Source of the DNA: an uncultured Acidobacteriota bacterium
Lineage (GTDB): Bacteria; Acidobacteriota; Thermoanaerobaculia; Gp7-AA8
Assembly (NCBI GenBank): GCA_963822445.1
Contig: CAWGHO010000001.1
Span: 640,001 to 704,000 of the forward strand
Reading direction: 5' to 3'
DNA: 64,000 nucleotides
Positions 52,453-61,891 of this stretch are shown here, piece after piece. The notes beneath the pieces are model-generated. The model made no database searches. It saw only the letters and a list, made by a program, of their open reading frames with translations, and had not been told where the DNA came from. Numbering within the stretch: position 1 is the stretch's first letter; each line of letters begins with the position of its first letter. The translations under genes were made by a program, and so were the position numbers.

Positions 52453-54485
52453 CGATCAAGGACGACAACCTCCGGGCGATCGATCACCACTACCTGACCG
52501 CTCGCGAACGCAGGGCTCAGCGGTTCCTAGCCACGGCCAGTCCAACGGCGCGGGCGCGAACGTTGGAGAGTCACCTCCTGCGCGAGCCGAGTCAGAGGGC
52601 GCAAGGTCTGCGAGACGATGTCGACTGCCTTCTCCGCTACTACAGCGTGCTCGAGCTGGCTTCCATCACCGGAGCGATTCCTGAGCTTCCCATTGCGACG
52701 CGCGAGATCGCACTCCGGAACCTCAACGATGAGTACCTCCGCCGGTACTATGAGCGGTATTACCCGCAACTGCTGCCCCAGCTTCTCCGTGCGCGTGTCA
52801 GTGGCGACAAGGTTCTCGGGGTTGACGAGGATTGCACAGAAGACTTTCTGCGGTTTGTGACGCTCGATGCGTCGCGCGACGACGACGACCTTGAGACGTT
52901 CCTGGGGTTTTTGGACGATTACGCGTACGTGATCGATGAGGAGACCCATGACCTGAGCAGCGTGGTGCGCACGATTGCGCACCCCAAGCGCTTCCTCGCT
53001 GCCCTGAGCGTCGACGACGAGGACCGGACGCCAACCGATGAGGGGGTGGTGGGCTTCCTCAGGTTTCTCTCGTTCTCTCGCGACCTCGAGCACCTCCTTC
53101 GCCAGGTCGACAGTCCCTTGGTTCGATCCTGCATCTGGCACTACTACGGGTACTGGTATCAGGAATTGGGCGGGCAAGTGCTTGGTGCACTGCTGACAGG
53201 CATCCACATCCTGGGCGGGTATGTTCCACGATCCGCCACAAACGCAGCGGAAGAGAGGGCGCTCGCGCGCACGCATGCAGATATGGCCGCTGCCGCAGCC
53301 TCGCTCCAGCGACTCACGTCGAGCGTGTACCGCGTGCACTTGGAAGAGGAGATCGATGGCGTTCTGTACCTCCGCATCATGGAGGACGCAGACGCAGGGT
53401 CCGCAGAGGCTCGAGCAGAGCCCGCGGAAGCGAACGAGAGAGCCCAAGCACAGAAGGTCCCCGTCGCCGAGCGGGAGAAGGTCTACAACGAGTTCAAGGA
53501 CAAGATGGGCGAGCTCGAACATGGTTACGTCAAGCGCTTGGAACGCGGCGACATGATCGTCGACCTCAACGGCAAAACCGAAGGGATCATCCCGCGGCAC
53601 CATCAGTCGCGCGCCGAGCGCTACTCGCAGGGCGACCCCATCAAGGCCGTCATCGTCGACGTGCACATGCAGGCGAAGGGACCGCAGGTCGTGCTTTCGC
53701 GCACCGATCCGCGCCTGCTCATTAAGCTGTTCGAAATGGAAGTTCCGGAGATCTACGACGGCACGGTGGTCATCAAGGGCGCGGTGCGCGAGCCGGGTGA
53801 GCGCGCGAAGATCGCGGTCATGTCCCGCGAGCGCGACATCGATCCGGTCGGCGCCTGCGTGGGCAAGAAGGGCTCGCGCGTGCAGTCCATCATCCGCGAG
53901 TTGGGCGGCGAGAAGATCGACATCATCCCCTGGCACGAAGACATCGTGAACTACGCGCAGACCGCGCTCGCTCCGGCGAAGATCAACCGCGTCTCGGTGA
54001 CCAGCGACGAGCAGGCGGACCGTCCGCACCTCGACGTCATCGTCGACAACGATCAGCTCTCGCCGGCCATCGGCAAGCGCGGCCTGAACGTGCGTCTGGC
54101 GGCGGAACTGATCGGCGCGAAGATCGCCATCAAGTCCGAGGAAGAAGTTAAGGGCGAGGTCGCCGACGCGCTCGCGGCCATGCTGCAGGAAGCTATGGCG
54201 GAGTCCCGCTCGCAGACCACCGTGGGCGAGATCGAGAACATGCCGAATGAGTGGGCGCAGCTCCTCGAGGACGCCGGCTACGACGACCTCGACTCGCTCA
54301 TCAACGCCTCCGTGGAAGATCTGATCACCATCGAAGGCGTGGACGAAGACATGGCCGTGCAGATGATCGAGCGGGCCCGCAAGCACGAGCAGGTCGAAGA
54401 GACCGGGCTCGACGAGGAGACTGAAGACACCGCCGAAGCAGCCAGCGAGCAATTCGAGGAGCAAGAAGTCGACAACGAGGCATAA
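52449..54485 (+). CDS. Unknown helical domain (~330 aa) fused to N-terminally truncated NusA (S1-KH1-KH2 plus acidic/HhH tail)
   Basis: From ~53451: QKV..AEREKVYNEF, PQVVLSRT, LFEMEVPEIYDG, REPGERAKIAV, DPVGACVG.KGSRVQ, GEKIDII and AIGKRG.NVRLA; continuous 678-aa ORF; ATGA overlap with the hydrolase. Confidence 0.88.
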   Translation: MTIKDDNLRAIDHHYLTARERRAQRFLATASPTARARTLESHLLREPSQRAQGLRDDVDCLLRYYSVLELASITGAIPELPIATREIALRNLNDEYLRRYYERYYPQLLPQLLRARVSGDKVLGVDEDCTEDFLRFVTLDASRDDDDLETFLGFLDDYAYVIDEETHDLSSVVRTIAHPKRFLAALSVDDEDRTPTDEGVVGFLRFLSFSRDLEHLLRQVDSPLVRSCIWHYYGYWYQELGGQVLGALLTGIHILGGYVPRSATNAAEERALARTHADMAAAAASLQRLTSSVYRVHLEEEIDGVLYLRIMEDADAGSAEARAEPAEANERAQAQKVPVAEREKVYNEFKDKMGELEHGYVKRLERGDMIVDLNGKTEGIIPRHHQSRAERYSQGDPIKAVIVDVHMQAKGPQVVLSRTDPRLLIKLFEMEVPEIYDGTVVIKGAVREPGERAKIAVMSRERDIDPVGACVGKKGSRVQSIIRELGGEKIDIIPWHEDIVNYAQTALAPAKINRVSVTSDEQADRPHLDVIVDNDQLSPAIGKRGLNVRLAAELIGAKIAIKSEEEVKGEVADALAAMLQEAMAESRSQTTVGEIENMPNEWAQLLEDAGYDDLDSLINASVEDLITIEGVDEDMAVQMIERARKHEQVEETGLDEETEDTAEAASEQFEEQEVDNEA

Positions 54486-54852
54486 GGACGAAGGTCGCAT
54501 TCTCCGGTTGGAACGAAGTCGGTTCAACGATCCGTGCATCTCGCCTCGCACGCCTGGATCGATGCTCCTGGAAACACACGGTTGTTCACCCTCGCCTTTC
54601 AGCATCGGGAGTGCTGACGCGAGATCTACAAGAGCCTGAATCGGTGCCGGACGAACGCAGGCGTTCGAAAGGCGACAGAGTACTTTGAAGCCCTCTTCGC
54701 AAGGCGTGGCGAGACTGCTTTTCCTGAACGGATCGCGACGGTCGTCGAGGCGAGCGTCGCAGAGGTGATCGATATCCGGGCGCACGGGGCGGTGCTGCTG
54801 TCACCCAGGAGAAGTTGTTAGTCAAGGATCTCCGGTCGCGCGTTCGTTCGTA

Positions 54853-54908
54853 TTTTGTTGGTTTCGGCTACGCCGAGGTAGGGGAAAAGTGTTCGTCAGA
54901 CACTCCTA
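54853..54908 (+). promoter_or_regulatory. Conserved leader element, copy 2
   Basis: ttttgttggtttcggctacgccgaggtaggg, ending 54 nt before ATG 54937; followed by TAGG..AGTGT/ACACT-CCTA hairpin. Confidence 0.7.
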
Positions 54909-54936
54909 GAACGTAATCGTCCGAAAGAGGTGACCG

Positions 54937-56658
54937 ATGCAGGCCGACCGCACACGTGTGTTGACGATCGTCGCGCAGGATCCGCTGTTCACGTATCCCG
55001 AGGGTCATCCCAAGGAAGGGCGCATCGTCACGGCGCGCATTCGCGTGCCGGCGGAGACACTGGCGGCCGGTCCGCGCGGGTACCGCGTTCACTGCATCGA
55101 CTACGACGCCACGACGAACACCTACTACAACACCAATCTGCCGGACGACGACCGCTTCGACGATCCCGACGACAAGACCATCCTCGGCGATCCGAGCTTT
55201 CACTGCCAGAACGTCTACGCCCTGGTCATGCACACGCTGGCGCGCTTCGAGTTTGCCTTGGGCCGCCGCGTGAGCTGGGGCTTCTACGGCCATCAGCTCA
55301 AGGTGGCGCCGCACGCGTTCGCGGAAGCCAACGCCTTCTACTCCGAAGAAGACCACTCCCTGCTCTTCGGTTACTTCCTTCCCGAAGGGGCGAAACGCCC
55401 GATCTTCACTTCCCTGTCGCACGACGTCGTCGTTCACGAGACCACCCACGCACTGCTCGACGGCCTCCGCACGCGCTACACCGATCCGTCGTCCCCCGAT
55501 CAGGCGGCGTTCCACGAGGGGTTCTCGGACGTCATCGCCCTGCTCTCCGTCTTCTCCTTGCGCGAGGTGCCGGAACTGCTGATCTCGCGGCCGGAGCTCA
55601 AGATCAACAAGCTCAAGGGCGATCTCATCCCGACCGCGCTCCTCACACCGGAGAACCTCCGCCTCGGCATCGGCGGACTCGCGGAAGAAGTGGGCAAGGG
55701 TCTCCTCGGCGTGCGCGCGAACGCGCTTCGCGAGTCGCTTGCCCTGGATCCAGAAACGACCGACATCAACGACTCCGAATTCAATGAACCGCATCGCCGC
55801 GGAGAGGTGTTCGTCGCCGCGATCATGAACGCGTTCATCGAGCTCTGGAGCCACGAGATCGGACGGATCGGCGCGCGCTGGTCGGACAAGGTCGATCGCA
55901 GCAAGGTCGTCGAGGAAGGGGCGCGGCTCGCCGACGTGATGCTCACCTCAGCCATCCGCGCACTCGACTACACCCCGCCGGTGGACCTCGAGTTTTCCGA
56001 CTACTTGAGCGCGTTTCTCACAGCCGATTCAGAGATCCGCACGGATGACCGGATGAATCTGCGCGGAATCGTCAGGAAGAGCTTCGAAGCGTACGGAATC
56101 AAGCCAATCGCCAAAGACGGGGTCTGGGACCACGCGGACAAAGGGCCGCAGACTCTCCGCTATGACCGCACCCATTTCGAGCCGATGCAGAGCGATCCCG
56201 ACGAGGTGTTTCACTGGGTCTGGGAGAACCGCCAGCAGGACTACCTCGGTCTCCTCGACGATGGTTACACCCGTATCCTCTCGGTCAGGCCGTGCACGCG
56301 TGTCGGTCCGGACGGGTTCCTCCTCCGCGAAACGGTCTCCGAGTATCTGCAGGTCCTGAAGATCCGGGCGGGCGACCTGCCCAAGTTCGGGCTGACGAAG
56401 CCCGAGACGATGCCCGGCGAGCAGGAGATTTACCTTTACGGGGGCGGCGCGCTGATCTTCGACGAGTACGGCCGCCTCAAGTACCACGTGTACAACCCGC
56501 TGCACGGCAAGAAGCAGATCGGCCGCGTCGACTACCTGTGGAAGCACGGCTACTACCGCGCCGATCGCTCGCAGCTCGCATTCGCCGGGATGCACCGGAT
56601 GCGCGTGATCGGTGGATTGGCTTTCGGCGAAGCGTCGGACTTGCAGGAGGTGTGGTGA
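54937..56658 (+). CDS. Cytoplasmic M4/M36-like (gluzincin) zinc metalloprotease
   Basis: ANAFYS, DVVVHETTHALLDG (HExxH), AFHEGFSD (third ligand) and EPHRRG; no signal peptide. Confidence 0.82.
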   Translation: MQADRTRVLTIVAQDPLFTYPEGHPKEGRIVTARIRVPAETLAAGPRGYRVHCIDYDATTNTYYNTNLPDDDRFDDPDDKTILGDPSFHCQNVYALVMHTLARFEFALGRRVSWGFYGHQLKVAPHAFAEANAFYSEEDHSLLFGYFLPEGAKRPIFTSLSHDVVVHETTHALLDGLRTRYTDPSSPDQAAFHEGFSDVIALLSVFSLREVPELLISRPELKINKLKGDLIPTALLTPENLRLGIGGLAEEVGKGLLGVRANALRESLALDPETTDINDSEFNEPHRRGEVFVAAIMNAFIELWSHEIGRIGARWSDKVDRSKVVEEGARLADVMLTSAIRALDYTPPVDLEFSDYLSAFLTADSEIRTDDRMNLRGIVRKSFEAYGIKPIAKDGVWDHADKGPQTLRYDRTHFEPMQSDPDEVFHWVWENRQQDYLGLLDDGYTRILSVRPCTRVGPDGFLLRETVSEYLQVLKIRAGDLPKFGLTKPETMPGEQEIYLYGGGALIFDEYGRLKYHVYNPLHGKKQIGRVDYLWKHGYYRADRSQLAFAGMHRMRVIGGLAFGEASDLQEVW

Positions 56659-58120
56659 TGGCGAAACCAACCGCTCTCGACATCCGCGCGTACAACATCG
56701 GCTTCGGAGACTGTTTCCTGCTCACCTTCCGGTACGGCGCGAAGGATCAGCGGCACATGCTCATCGACTTCGGGACGACCCGGAAGCCCGATGACGCCGA
56801 AAAGGATCACGAGCTGCAGATCGCGAAGGACATCGCCGGTGTCACCAGCAACAAGCTCGACGTGGTGGTGGCCACGCACCGGCACAAGGTCACATCAGCG
56901 GTTTCCGGACCCGGAAGAAGCCGGGCGACGACGAGGAGCCGGGCGACGTGATCCGCGAGTGCGCGAAAGACGCCGTGGTGATCATGCCCTGGACCGAGGA
57001 CCCCGAAGCCAAGACGGGCGCAACCGGTCCGAGGAAAAAATCGTTCGTCGACCAGCTCACATCGATGCACTCCTTCGCCGCGTCCGTGGTGCGGGAGATC
57101 GATCAGGACGTGGAAGACAAACTGCTGGCCGACGCGGACATCAACGACCCGACCGAGATCGCCGCCAGCACAGGGCCGAAGCACCGCATGCATCGCGAGG
57201 AGAGCGATGACTCCGAAGGCGGGAACTGGTTCTCGACGAAGACCCTGCGCAAACGAATCGCCTTCATCGGCGAAGACGCGATCAGCAACGTCTCGGCCGT
57301 TCGCAACCTCGTCACCATGAGCAAGAAGGAGAAGCGCCACTACGTCACCTACGACTACAAGCTCGACCTGCGCGCCGCTCTCCCGGGCGTGAAAGTGAGA
57401 GTCCTCGGTCCGCCGAGCGTCGACCAGTGGGAAAACGTGCAGAACCAGAAGGCCAGGAACAAGGATGAGTACTGGCACCTGCAGGAGGACTTCTGGCGGC
57501 GCCTCGCGCTCAGCTCGAACCTCGGCGTCAGCGACGGACGGGCCAAGCCGCTCTTCCCGCGCGCTCCCCAATGCGAGCCGGAAGAGCGCTGTTCGCACCG
57601 GAAAGCCTGCTCGCAGATCCCGCGCGCCAGCGAGTGGTTCGTGCGGCGGCTGCGCGGCGTGCGGGCCAAGCAACTCATGCAGCTCGTGCTGTCGATGGAC
57701 AGCGCCATGAACAACACCAGCGTCATCCTGCTCATCGAGGTCGGCGGCAAGAAGCTGTTGTTCCCTGGCGACGCGCAGTGGGAGAACTGGGAGTACGCGC
57801 TGGTCGGCGACGAGAAGAAAGCCGCGGCCAACCTGAAAGAGCTCGCCGACGTCGACGTCTACAAAGTCGGGCACCACGGCAGTCTCAACGCCACGCCGAA
57901 GAAGCTCTGGAACAACTTCTCCAAGCGGAGCGACAAGCCGAACGCAAAAGGCCGAATGCTCTCGATCATCTCGACGAAAAAAGGCGTGCACGCGCACTCG
58001 CCGCAGACCGCGGTTCCGCGGTCGACGCTGGTCCGCGAGCTGAAGTCGGAGACGAACTACCGCAGCACGGAGCCGGTCAAGCCGAAGGAGCTTTGCCTGG
58101 TGGAGACGATCGACTTATGA
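56658..58120 (+). CDS. MBL-fold (ComEC/Rec2-like) metallo-hydrolase, one-base deletion at ~56890
   Basis: YNIGFGDCFLL and MLIDFG; restoring one A gives THRHKDHISGF (HxHxDH); then NNTSVI, LFPGDAQ and YKVGHHGS; TGATG coupling to the protease. Confidence 0.82.
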
Positions 58121-58121
58121 C

Positions 58122-59247
58122 CTAGTGCGTGTGCGCATGGTCGTGGGCGTGATCGTGATGATGTTCATCCGCGCCGTGGGTGTGGCCGGCCATGCCGCTC
58201 TCCACCTGTTCGACGACCTGCCGGGCCAGCTCGCGGAACGCCTGAGCGGCCGGTGAGGCGGGATCGGCGACGACGATCGGCTCGCCGGTATCGCCACCTA
58301 CGACGACCTTCGGATCGATCGGAACCTCGCCCAGGAACGGCACGCCGAGCATCTCCGCGGTCTTGCGCCCTCCGCCGTGTCCGAAGATCTCCTCCCGCTC
58401 ACCGCAGTGGCGGCAGATGTAGTAGCTCATGTTCTCGACGATGCCGAGGATGGGCACGTTGACCTTGCGGAACATGGCCAGACCCTTCCGCGCGTCGATG
58501 AGGGCGACGTCCTGCGGCGTCGTCACGACGACCGCGCCGGTCAAGCCGGCTTTCTGCGTCAGCGTGAGCTGCGCGTCGCCGGTGCCTGGCGGCAGGTCGA
58601 TGATCATGAAGTCGAGCGTGCCCCACTTCACATCGGTCAGAAACTGGTCGATGCGCCTTCATCACCATCGGTCCACGCCAGATCACCGGCGTGTCGGGAT
58701 CGGTGATCAGTCCGAGAGACATCGTCTTGATGCCGTGGCGTTCCATCGGGACGATCTTCTCGTCGTGCTCGTCGATCTGCGGACGGCCTTCGATGCCGAG
58801 CATCATCTGCTGCGACGGTCCGTAGATGTCCGCGTCGAGCAGGCCCACGGAATGCCCGAGCGCGCGAATCGCCAGCGCGAGATTCGTCGAGACCGTCGAC
58901 TTCCCCACACCTCCTTTTCCCGAGGCAACGGCGATGCGGTATTTCACGCCACCGAGGGCTTGCGTGGGAGGAGCGGCGCCCTGCGGAAGCTGCGCGCCGC
59001 CGCGCGGACCGACCTCGAGATTCAGGCGAACGTCGCTGACGCCTTCGAGAGCGCGTACCGCTGCTTCGGTCTCGCGGGCGATCTGCTCGCCCACCGCGGG
59101 ATTCTCGGTCTGGAAGTGAACGGTGAGCGAGACCGTCGAGCCCTCGACGCGCACGTCGCGGACGAAGCCGAAGGAGACGATGTCCCGGGAGAGTCCCGGA
59201 AACTTAACTTTCTTGAGTGCTTCGAGTACCTGTTCCTGCGTCGGCAT
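58122..59247 (-). CDS. mrp: Mrp/ApbC (NBP35) Fe-S carrier ATPase, frameshift near 58653, His-rich tail
   Basis: [37 protein letters not shown] and [11 protein letters not shown]. Confidence 0.92.
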
Positions 59248-59998
59248 GCGGCTTCTCCTCCTGCAACCACCGTTCGTACGAGTCGCGGATGATCGGGATG
59301 GCCTCGTCAGAGGAGCCGACAACCTTGATCACGTCAAAGTCGGGAGCGCTGACCAGACCGCGCTCGAGCATCGTGCCGTGCAGCCAGTCGATCAGACCGG
59401 GCCACATTGTACCGACCAGAATCAGAGGATGCTGCTTCATGTGCTTGACCTGCAGAAGCTGCCAGACCATGAAGAGCTCGAGGGCCGTGCCGATGCCGCC
59501 GGGCATGACGATGAAGGCCGAGGAGAGGCGGATGAAGTGATGGAGCCGGGAGAAGAAGGTGCGATGACGGAACACCTTGTCGACGAACGGGTTAGCGGTC
59601 TCCTCGGTCGGCAGATGAATGGCCAGGCCGAACGAAAACGCCTTGCCCGTCTCCCCTTTTCCTTCCATCGCTCCCTGGTTCGCCGCTTCCATGAGTCCGG
59701 GGCCGCCGCCGGTGACGATGTCGACGCCCATCTTCGCCAGGTCGTGGCTCAGCTTCTTGACCTCTTCGTAGATCGGGTCGCCGAGGCGGATGCGGGAGCT
59801 GCCGAAAATCGAGACGCGGTAATGCTCGACCCGCTCGGGCTGGATCTGGTCGAGATCGTTGATCGTCTCCCAGAGCTGGTAGATGGCCCGGTCGAGGATG
59901 TACGTCGGGTCCGCGGTCGGCCGCTTCTTCGAAGCCTGGATGTTGCGCAGTTCCTCGAGCTCGGGCGTGGTCGTCTTACGGTCGTCTGAGTCAGCCAT
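59204..59998 (-). CDS. LOG family protein (nucleotide phosphoribohydrolase / lysine-decarboxylase-like)
   Basis: [20 protein letters not shown] and PGGIGTALE. Confidence 0.88.
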   Translation of the reverse strand: MADSDDRKTTTPELEELRNIQASKKRPTADPTYILDRAIYQLWETINDLDQIQPERVEHYRVSIFGSSRIRLGDPIYEEVKKLSHDLAKMGVDIVTGGGPGLMEAANQGAMEGKGETGKAFSFGLAIHLPTEETANPFVDKVFRHRTFFSRLHHFIRLSSAFIVMPGGIGTALELFMVWQLLQVKHMKQHPLILVGTMWPGLIDWLHGTMLERGLVSAPDFDVIKVVGSSDEAIPIIRDSYERWLQEEKPHADAGTGTRSTQES

Positions 59999-60011
59999 GG
60001 CGCGCCAGATA

Positions 60012-60044
60012 CTACTAACGACTAACCACTAACGACTAACGACT
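60012..60044. repeat. Solo heptamer array, exact reverse complement of 41551-41583
   Basis: ctactaacgactaaccactaacgactaacgact (33 of 33 nt); contains the SPOR gene stop codon. Confidence 0.9.
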
Positions 60045-60656
60045 CGTGATCCAGACCTCTTTCGAAAACTCGCGCAGCTTCGGCTCGGCGGCTCGGGCTT
60101 CCTGCTCGGTCGGGAACTTGACCCGCACGCGATACACGGGACCCTTTTCCGTCGCCGCACCGCGCTCCACGTACGCCGCGCTGAATCCCCCGTCGATCAG
60201 CTTCGCCGCGAAGGTCTCCGCGGTCTTCTGATCGCTGGTCGAGAGCAACTGGGCGTAATGCGGAACGGTCGATGTCGCCGGCGCGGGCTGTTCGGCCACC
60301 GGCGCGGCCTCGATGACTGTCGTTGTCGGCGCCGGTTCTTCCGTCAGCGGCACGACCGGTGCGGTGTCGGTGGGCGGCGCGGGCTCCTCGGCCTCTTCCT
60401 TCGCGAAATCGTCGGCTTCGACGCCGAGCTCCACGATCTGCCCCTGGTTTTTCTTCGGGATCAGCGCGGCCTCGGTCACGACCGGCGTCTCCTTCTGGAC
60501 CACGAGACGCTCGTCGGTCTGCCCTTTTCCGAGCATCAGGCCGAACGCGAAGGACGCGGCGAGCGACAGGAGCAGGAGCACGAAGGCCACGAAGGCCTGC
60601 CCCGCGGTGAGTGAAATCTCGTAATGCGACTGATCGTCGTGGTGCTGTTCGTCCAT
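60036..60656 (-). CDS. SPOR-domain cell division protein
   Basis: Single TM, Pro/Glu linker, then HYAQL...YRVRV SPOR pattern; GGAGG RBS about 10 nt upstream. Confidence 0.8.
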   Translation of the reverse strand: MDEQHHDDQSHYEISLTAGQAFVAFVLLLLSLAASFAFGLMLGKGQTDERLVVQKETPVVTEAALIPKKNQGQIVELGVEADDFAKEEAEEPAPPTDTAPVVPLTEEPAPTTTVIEAAPVAEQPAPATSTVPHYAQLLSTSDQKTAETFAAKLIDGGFSAAYVERGAATEKGPVYRVRVKFPTEQEARAAEPKLREFSKEVWITSR

Positions 60657-60678
60657 CTGACCCATCCTCCCCGGAACA

Positions 60679-61344
60679 TCACCTCGCGGGCGGCGCCGCG
60701 GCGTTCCAGTTTGTGTGATAAACGACGCCGTTGTCAAAGTAGACAGCCGACGCCCCTCCGTCCGCTTTCGGGTAAATCCACACGGAATAGACCCGGTTTT
60801 TCTGCACGACCTGCTTGATCCAGTCCTCGCGCGGCGATCCGACGAGGGTCTGCACATCTCCCTCTTTCATCCCCTGCTTCACGTTGGCGAACGCGGCCAT
60901 CGACACGTACCGCCGCTGTTCGGCGTGCGTGATGCGCTGCTGGGCGTCGAGGTTCGCCGGATCGATCTCCAGGGCCACGCGATAGAGCTCGATGGCCCGG
61001 TCGTAGCGGGAGAGGACGTTCATGTACTGATCGCCGACGAGGATTTTCTCGACGGCGAGGAGCTTGGCGGCGCGCGGATCGCCCGTGCGCTGCAGATACG
61101 CGTCGGCCTTGGCGATGAACGCGTTGTAGGGGATCTCGATCTTCTTCAGGTTGTCGAGGGCCAGCTCGATCTGCTCCTTGCGCGGCATCGACGCCGCCGG
61201 CTGCCGCTGGGCGTTCCGAAGTGTCTGAATCCACTGGTAATCGGCGGTCAGAAGGACCCACTCCCGATCGTTGGGCTGCGTGGGTGGTCCCGCGGGCGCG
61301 CAGGCGATTGTGAGCAGGGTGATGGCGAGGAGGGCGTTCCGCAT
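60679..61344 (-). CDS. Lipoprotein with TPR and BamE/SmpA-like domain
   Basis: Lipobox LTIAC; TPR YDRAIELYRVALEIDP; VKQGMKEGDVQTLVGSP...WIY...VYFDNGVV. Confidence 0.75.
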   Translation of the reverse strand: MRNALLAITLLTIACAPAGPPTQPNDREWVLLTADYQWIQTLRNAQRQPAASMPRKEQIELALDNLKKIEIPYNAFIAKADAYLQRTGDPRAAKLLAVEKILVGDQYMNVLSRYDRAIELYRVALEIDPANLDAQQRITHAEQRRYVSMAAFANVKQGMKEGDVQTLVGSPREDWIKQVVQKNRVYSVWIYPKADGGASAVYFDNGVVYHTNWNAAAPPAR

Positions 61345-61354
61345 GCGGTGGCAG

Positions 61355-61891
61355 TTATTTTACACAACGGATCATGCGCAGACATTCCAGCCTCACGCCG
61401 TCCGGGAGCTCGATCTCGGTGCGTTCGAGCGGCTCGTAACCGCATGCGGAGTAAAGCGGAACGCCGGGAAGGGTGGCCATCAACTCGCAGGTGCGGAAGC
61501 CCGCCTGCCTCGCCTGCTCCTCGGCGCGATCGACGATCATCCGGCCAATGCCGCGGCGGGCATGGGCGGGTTCGACGAACATCGCCCGGATGCGCGCCGG
61601 CTCGGTCGCGGGATCTAGCCAGCCGTCGATGGAGGCCTGCCCCGCCGTGCCGGTGAAGAGCTTCCTCCGCTTGCTCCATCCGCCGCAGGCCACGATCTCG
61701 CCGGCTTCTTCGACCACGAAGTACGTACCGTCTTCGACGATCTCGGGATCGGCGATGGCGATGTAGCGGACCGCGCTGGCGATCTGGTTCGCGTCGTAGA
61801 ACTTCGATCCGAGGGCGGCCATGGAGGCTCGCATGACCCGCTCGATCGCTGGCAGGTCAGCCAGCGTGGCCGCGCGGATCGAAAGCGTCAC
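61355..61891 (-). CDS. GNAT family N-acetyltransferase
   Basis: ARIRAMFVEPAHARRGIG and ATLPGVPLYSACGY; GTGA overlap with the upstream gene. Confidence 0.88.
   Translation of the reverse strand: MTLSIRAATLADLPAIERVMRASMAALGSKFYDANQIASAVRYIAIADPEIVEDGTYFVVEEAGEIVACGGWSKRRKLFTGTAGQASIDGWLDPATEPARIRAMFVEPAHARRGIGRMIVDRAEEQARQAGFRTCELMATLPGVPLYSACGYEPLERTEIELPDGVRLECLRMIRCVK

Noticed and set aside
52449-54485. Annotating this gene simply as the housekeeping nusA
   Set aside because: It lacks the RNA-polymerase-binding N-terminal domain, carries ~330 unrelated residues, has substitutions in conserved motifs and is outside the rimP-nusA-infB context.
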